This document shows, piece by piece, positions 57,205 to 61,053 of a DNA stretch of 61,053 nucleotides. Below the pieces are notes generated by a model. It was not told where the DNA came from. It did no database searches and saw nothing but the letters and a program-made list of their open reading frames with translations. Position 1 is the first letter of the stretch, and each line of letters begins with the position of its first letter. The stretch is taken from the IMG/VR virus record IMGVR_UViG_3300027793_000007. One strand, 5' to 3'. Both the position numbers and the translations under genes were made by a program. This DNA is from a virus.

Positions 57205-60054
57205 ATGAATGTAGCCAAGTACGAGTTTATTGACGGGCAGTTTAAGCGCACGATGGAAGTTCCATTGCGAATGACTCTCTTAGAGCAAGTGTGCGTCAAC
57301 TTGGGGGTTTCGCCAACCTCTATTGTCATTCTTGAGTTGGGCGGTATCGCGCCCAAAGAGCTAAGGAAGGACGGCGATAAAGGCAAGGAACTTCTTGCTC
57401 AACAGATGGAAGTCCTTGCTTCTGCAAGTCAATCTCTAGCTGACAATGGTATTACCTTGGATGGTGTGCATTACTCACTTCTCCAAGCAACTAGTGGTGC
57501 TAAGACCTCTGCTTCTATGTTGCTGTCGAGTGACATTCGTCTTATTGAATACTTTAGAGGTAATGACCAACACAAAGGTTTGATGTGTCATCCCAGCAAG
57601 TCATACGAGCAGCTAATGATGGGATACCAGCTTCCACTCACTCCCAACAAGGCTGTTGTTACAGCCAAGTTACGGGTTCTCATTGTGGATGATGAGTTTG
57701 ATAACTATCAGGTACACGCTGGTTCTATCAGCCAGTGTGTTGGCGCAAACCCTGATGGCAGCCCCAAGTGGGAGGTTATCTCGTCTTGGCAGGATGAGAC
57801 TATTCGCCATTATGATACCCGTCAGTCCGTTGCTGGTGTGGGCGACTGTCACATCAAAATCTCTCAAGGCTTGGCTAACTATCTCAGCACTAAAGTCACG
57901 GGCTTCAACAGCACGACTGGACAACCCATGACATTCCTTGACAGCGCTAATCAAGGCTGTCAATTCAGGCTAATGGTGGGTGAATGCCCTGCAATGGCTA
58001 AGGGAACATTCGTGGTAGAGCCTAGCCTTGCAGAGGATTACCACATGGTAATCCCTAAATCATGCTTTAAGTTGGGCTATCCTAACTTGTTAACTCTTGA
58101 TGGTGTATTGACTATCACGCTAGGAGCAACCATGCAGGCTGTGGATGGCAAGGCAGCATTTGGCTCTCAGTTTGCTCGCTCCATGAGTAAGTCAGTGCTG
58201 GAAGTTCGCAAACCTTACATTGCAGAACAGATGGCTCGCCTTAATACTGCTGGTTCTTCTATTCAAGAAGCGGCTAAGTTCTTCAATGCAGAAGCCAACT
58301 CTAAGGTTATCTGGTTTGAGGAGAACGAAGATGGTGAAGAAGTGGAGCAGTCCCGTGACGACTGGTTCTACAAGGCTATGCACTCCATAGCAACTAGTGA
58401 GCATCTAAGTTGGGCGCTCAAAGACCCAACCATCATTCAACGCATCCTCTCTAGCATTAGCAAGAGGAAGATGAAGTTAGCTCTAGGCATGGGCTTTGAG
58501 GGTAGAGTTCGTACTGCATTACCTGATGATACCCTTCCACTCCATGTAATCAGTGCATCTGATGCAAGAGTTCTTAAGTGGAAGGATGGGAAGTGGTTCA
58601 ACGGCAAGAAGGCACTACCACATGGTGCTGTTGGTATGGTTGAGTCTAATGGAACTCAACACATTGGCTTGTTAGTGGTTAGGGGCAAAGCGCCTATCAT
58701 GAACCATGCCGAGCAATGCTTGGGCGTTCTTGTCCATCGTCCTGATGGTATTGGATCGGGTTGCGAGTTTATGAGCCATCAATCAGCATCGGTCTGCACT
58801 ATGGACTTTGATGGTGATAGGAATAGTACTCTAGTCTGGAAGGATGAAGTTGGCTATCTCGAAGCTATCAATCACTTTGTCAAGATTCAGAGACATTGCC
58901 CAATTACTCCTGTTATCAAGGAGAAGTCCAAGGTTAATCGTGGATGGGGTGAGTTAACTCGCTTAGTCTATGAAAGCGCCTTCGAGATGGGTTGTAGTGG
59001 CATTACCTCTATGTATTGCCAAGCGACAGAAGCTAGTGGTGTTAAGGGATTCAACTCTTGGTTGGAGTCTATTGCGACATTGACTGGTGCTACTCAACTA
59101 TACCTTGACTGTCAGAAGTATGCACCTCAGAACCCTGATGAGTTGAAGTCTATCATTGATGGTGCTATGGAGTACTTTCAAGCATGGCAGACTGACCAAC
59201 GCTCTAGTGATTTAAGGTCTATGCCTTATATCCATCGTGGGCTTAACACATGGAAGATGGCTGGGTTTTGTGACAATGCTAAACCCAAGCATGATGTTGG
59301 TACTATTGCTGCTTGCATCAACTATGTCAATGGATTGCATGAAGTGCCAGCGTTGTTAGATGGTATGAAGCCTCTAACTCACCTTCGTGGTATCTGGGGT
59401 GATTACTCAGCCCATGATAAGCAAGTGGCTATCGACTTTAAGGCTTCACTTAGAGCTTTTGATGCACTATGCAAGGAAGGTGATGCTGATACTAAGAAGG
59501 TATCGGCTCTCATTGACGATGCTAGAGTGCGTTGTGAGTCATTCACCGATGCTCAGTTCAGTGCGTTCTGGGATTTGTCCTATAACAAAGACTGTCTCAT
59601 TGAGGTTGGGCAAGACAAGAAAGAGTACATTCCCACAGCTAACAAGCCTTGGATGCTGTTCACACAGCGCATTCTTGAGAACACTCCTGAGTTGTTGCTT
59701 AAGAAAGAGACTGTGTTATTTAAGCATGGTGGTAAATCCCCTCACGCTATTGATGCAGTAACTCGTACTCAACTGTTGGAGAAACTCACTAAGGAGTCTT
59801 TTAAGACAGTGTGTGAGGTATCTCCTGAGTTCGTAGTCTTCCATGAGAAGAACAAGACTCTTGAGATGTTTCCAGTCATCAGTGTCAAGCGTGGCATTGT
59901 GATTGGTTACGTTGGTACTCATGTAGTGCCAGATACCTATGAGGTCGAACTATCTGCTATCCGTAAGCAGAAGATTGACAAGCCAACTGGACTTACCTAT
60001 ATGGAAGTCTATGAGTCTGGCTTTATGATGCGTATCATCGACATTGACTTTTAA
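57205..60054 (+). CDS. single-subunit two-double-psi-beta-barrel RNA polymerase (YonO / RdRP-like)
   Basis: VVRGKAPIMNHAEQCLGVLV...MSHQSASVCTMDFDGDRNSTLVW parallels beta-prime LLNRAPTLHRLGIQAF...NADFDGDQMAVHV. QFRLMVGECPAMAKGTFVVEP parallels the Lys-bearing barrel. GVGDCHIKISQGLANYL resembles the RdRP DGxGxIS..LA motif. ATG lies 8 nt after AAGGAGA. Confidence 0.8.
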   Translation: MNVAKYEFIDGQFKRTMEVPLRMTLLEQVCVNLGVSPTSIVILELGGIAPKELRKDGDKGKELLAQQMEVLASASQSLADNGITLDGVHYSLLQATSGAKTSASMLLSSDIRLIEYFRGNDQHKGLMCHPSKSYEQLMMGYQLPLTPNKAVVTAKLRVLIVDDEFDNYQVHAGSISQCVGANPDGSPKWEVISSWQDETIRHYDTRQSVAGVGDCHIKISQGLANYLSTKVTGFNSTTGQPMTFLDSANQGCQFRLMVGECPAMAKGTFVVEPSLAEDYHMVIPKSCFKLGYPNLLTLDGVLTITLGATMQAVDGKAAFGSQFARSMSKSVLEVRKPYIAEQMARLNTAGSSIQEAAKFFNAEANSKVIWFEENEDGEEVEQSRDDWFYKAMHSIATSEHLSWALKDPTIIQRILSSISKRKMKLALGMGFEGRVRTALPDDTLPLHVISASDARVLKWKDGKWFNGKKALPHGAVGMVESNGTQHIGLLVVRGKAPIMNHAEQCLGVLVHRPDGIGSGCEFMSHQSASVCTMDFDGDRNSTLVWKDEVGYLEAINHFVKIQRHCPITPVIKEKSKVNRGWGELTRLVYESAFEMGCSGITSMYCQATEASGVKGFNSWLESIATLTGATQLYLDCQKYAPQNPDELKSIIDGAMEYFQAWQTDQRSSDLRSMPYIHRGLNTWKMAGFCDNAKPKHDVGTIAACINYVNGLHEVPALLDGMKPLTHLRGIWGDYSAHDKQVAIDFKASLRAFDALCKEGDADTKKVSALIDDARVRCESFTDAQFSAFWDLSYNKDCLIEVGQDKKEYIPTANKPWMLFTQRILENTPELLLKKETVLFKHGGKSPHAIDAVTRTQLLEKLTKESFKTVCEVSPEFVVFHEKNKTLEMFPVISVKRGIVIGYVGTHVVPDTYEVELSAIRKQKIDKPTGLTYMEVYESGFMMRIIDIDF

Positions 60055-60064
60055 GAGCGACTCG

Positions 60065-60110
60065 GAAGATGTAAGTATTTAGGGAGTTATCTTTGAGTAC
60101 TTACATCTTC
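60065..60110 (+). terminator. 13-bp perfect hairpin after the RNAP gene (no strong T run)
   Basis: gaagatgtaagta / tacttacatcttc, then tctt. Confidence 0.4.
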
Positions 60111-60190
60111 TCTTATCTACTAGTTTGTCCCTTGATGGACTAGGCTTTGACGCTTCGCTATTTGATAATAATATTTGTTTGGAGTTAAAT

Positions 60191-60325
60191 ATGTGCTTCC
60201 AGTTTAACAGAGAACAGTGGCTCTCTGATTGTTGGGAAATGGCTAGATATCAAGACTTAATGGAGTATGAAGCTCAGGAAGTTTTGAATGGTGCTGACCC
60301 GTTAGACTTCCATAGACATTGCTAG
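60191..60325 (+). CDS. hypothetical small protein (44 aa)
   Basis: Track ORF trimmed to the ATG after GGAG. Confidence 0.4.
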   Translation: MCFQFNREQWLSDCWEMARYQDLMEYEAQEVLNGADPLDFHRHC

Positions 60326-60328
60326 ATA

Positions 60329-60377
60329 GGCTGTATAGGTTAGGGGGTTATCCTCTAGTCTATACAGCCTTTTTTTT
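60329..60377 (+). terminator. rho-independent terminator
   Basis: ggctgtatag / ctatacagcc 10-bp stem followed by T8. Confidence 0.8.
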
Positions 60378-60403
60378 GCTTTGTCCTCTACGTTCTAAGT
60401 TAG

Positions 60404-60423
60404 GACGCTACGCTAGTAAGTAA
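60404..60423 (+). promoter_or_regulatory. phage promoter-like motif, copy 34 (first of a tandem pair)
   Basis: gacgctacgctagtaagtaa, part of a duplicated ~47-bp unit tctacgtt..aag.taggacgctacgcta. Confidence 0.5.
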
Positions 60424-60451
60424 TAGCCTATCTGTCTACGTTTGAAGGTAG

Positions 60452-60471
60452 GACGCTACGCTATTAGATAA
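60452..60471 (+). promoter_or_regulatory. phage promoter-like motif, copy 35 (second of the tandem pair)
   Basis: gacgctacgctattagataa. No ORF for about 150 nt downstream. Confidence 0.55.
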
Positions 60472-60581
60472 CTCAAGGGTTTTGATGCTTTTACCTGAGT
60501 TCTATGACAAAGCATCCTAAAGTTCTCAGCGCTCACTTGAGTAGTGCTACCGTTTGTGTTAACAACATAATTATCCTTTTG

Positions 60582-60600
60582 CTGCTACGCAATGGGATAA
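60582..60600 (+). promoter_or_regulatory. phage promoter-like motif, copy 36 (variant)
   Basis: ctgctacgcaatgggataa, 28 nt upstream of ATG 60629. Confidence 0.5.
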
Positions 60601-60628
60601 GTTATCTATTCTATTTGTGAGTTCTATT

Positions 60629-60817
60629 ATGTCATTCTTTAATCATTACATGGCTACATACAGTGCATACATTAGCTCTCCTGAGTTGTATGTATTTGCT
60701 ATTCCAGCAGTTATTCTATGGGCATATCTGTTTTCTAATGGAAAGTATGCTCAATCAATTGGCTTGTCTTTTATCTCATCTGCATTTGCAACAGTTCTAT
60801 TCTGGTCTAAGTGGTAG
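60629..60817 (+). CDS. hypothetical small membrane protein (62 aa)
   Basis: Two hydrophobic segments (VFAIPAVILWAYLF; LSFISSAFATVLFW). Confidence 0.55.
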   Translation: MSFFNHYMATYSAYISSPELYVFAIPAVILWAYLFSNGKYAQSIGLSFISSAFATVLFWSKW

Positions 60818-60864
60818 ATGACGCTATCCATCACCCCACACATACATCTACACATGGAGAAAAT

Positions 60865-61053
60865 ATGCTAACTCTTAGATATCCCTGCGACTATCGTTTT
60901 TCAAGCAATGGTGGGGACTACGCCCACTACTGCAAACAGGTAAATGAAGATTTCATCATCTTCTGGTCATCTGGCGAGTTGGCGGAAGAAAACACGATGA
61001 TTGGATACCACCGAGGTAAGCCAATAATCGTCACACGGCACGACTGCTACGGC
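60865..61053 (+). CDS. 5' part of the junction-spanning hypothetical gene (continues at 128..343)
   Basis: ATG 4 nt after GGAGA. MLTLRYPCDYRFSSNGGDYAHYCKQVNEDF... reads in frame into the track ORF 53..343. Confidence 0.6.
   Translation, partial: MLTLRYPCDYRFSSNGGDYAHYCKQVNEDFIIFWSSGELAEENTMIGYHRGKPIIVTRHDCYG
60927..61053. repeat. terminal overlap, copy B (identical to 1-127)
   Basis: See copy A. Confidence 0.9.

Overview
The window is a complete phage genome closed into a circle. Bases 1-127 are identical to 60927-61053, so the unique length is 60,926 bp, and one gene (ATG 60865) reads across the junction. It is a tailed dsDNA phage. I saw no integrase, DNA polymerase or endolysin, and only one non-canonical tRNA-like element.

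Layout:
- Forward-strand blocks of small early or DNA-metabolism genes lie at 55625-1216 (through the junction), 5318-19178 and 20557-24540. They include an AEP primase/SF3 helicase next to an iteron cluster, a zinc-finger/Toprim protein, MazG, DUF932, an XRE HTH, an RHH protein, two SWIM proteins, a possible PD-(D/E)XK nuclease, and Dps.
- A reverse-strand morphogenesis block of about 30 kb (24460-54388) holds the large terminase, portal, scaffold-like protein, major capsid, fibre/spike proteins, and a long run of glycine-rich putative internal proteins. About ten small forward-strand gene islands interrupt it.

Most notable observations:
1. A 951-aa single-subunit two-barrel RNA polymerase (YonO / RdRP-like; DFDGD at 58804-58818).
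2. About 36 copies of a roughly 20-nt motif (GACGCTACGCTA-N-GGGGATAG, plus a CCTACGGGGTGGGATAG variant). All but one sit on the forward strand, typically 15-30 nt upstream of forward-strand start codons. I read this as the promoter set of that polymerase.
3. Phage-borne CRISPR-type repeats ending in AGGGATTGAAAC. One is a solitary repeat fused directly to a motif copy. The other is a repeat plus a degenerate repeat placed 3 nt after a tRNA-like element.
4. A 1.2-kb gene-free control region (54390-55624) containing at least five repeat families.
5. Palindromic TATAAT operators upstream of the polymerase operon.
6. Gene cassettes flanked by diverged duplications of neighbouring gene ends.

Functional calls rest on motifs read by eye. 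No database search was possible.
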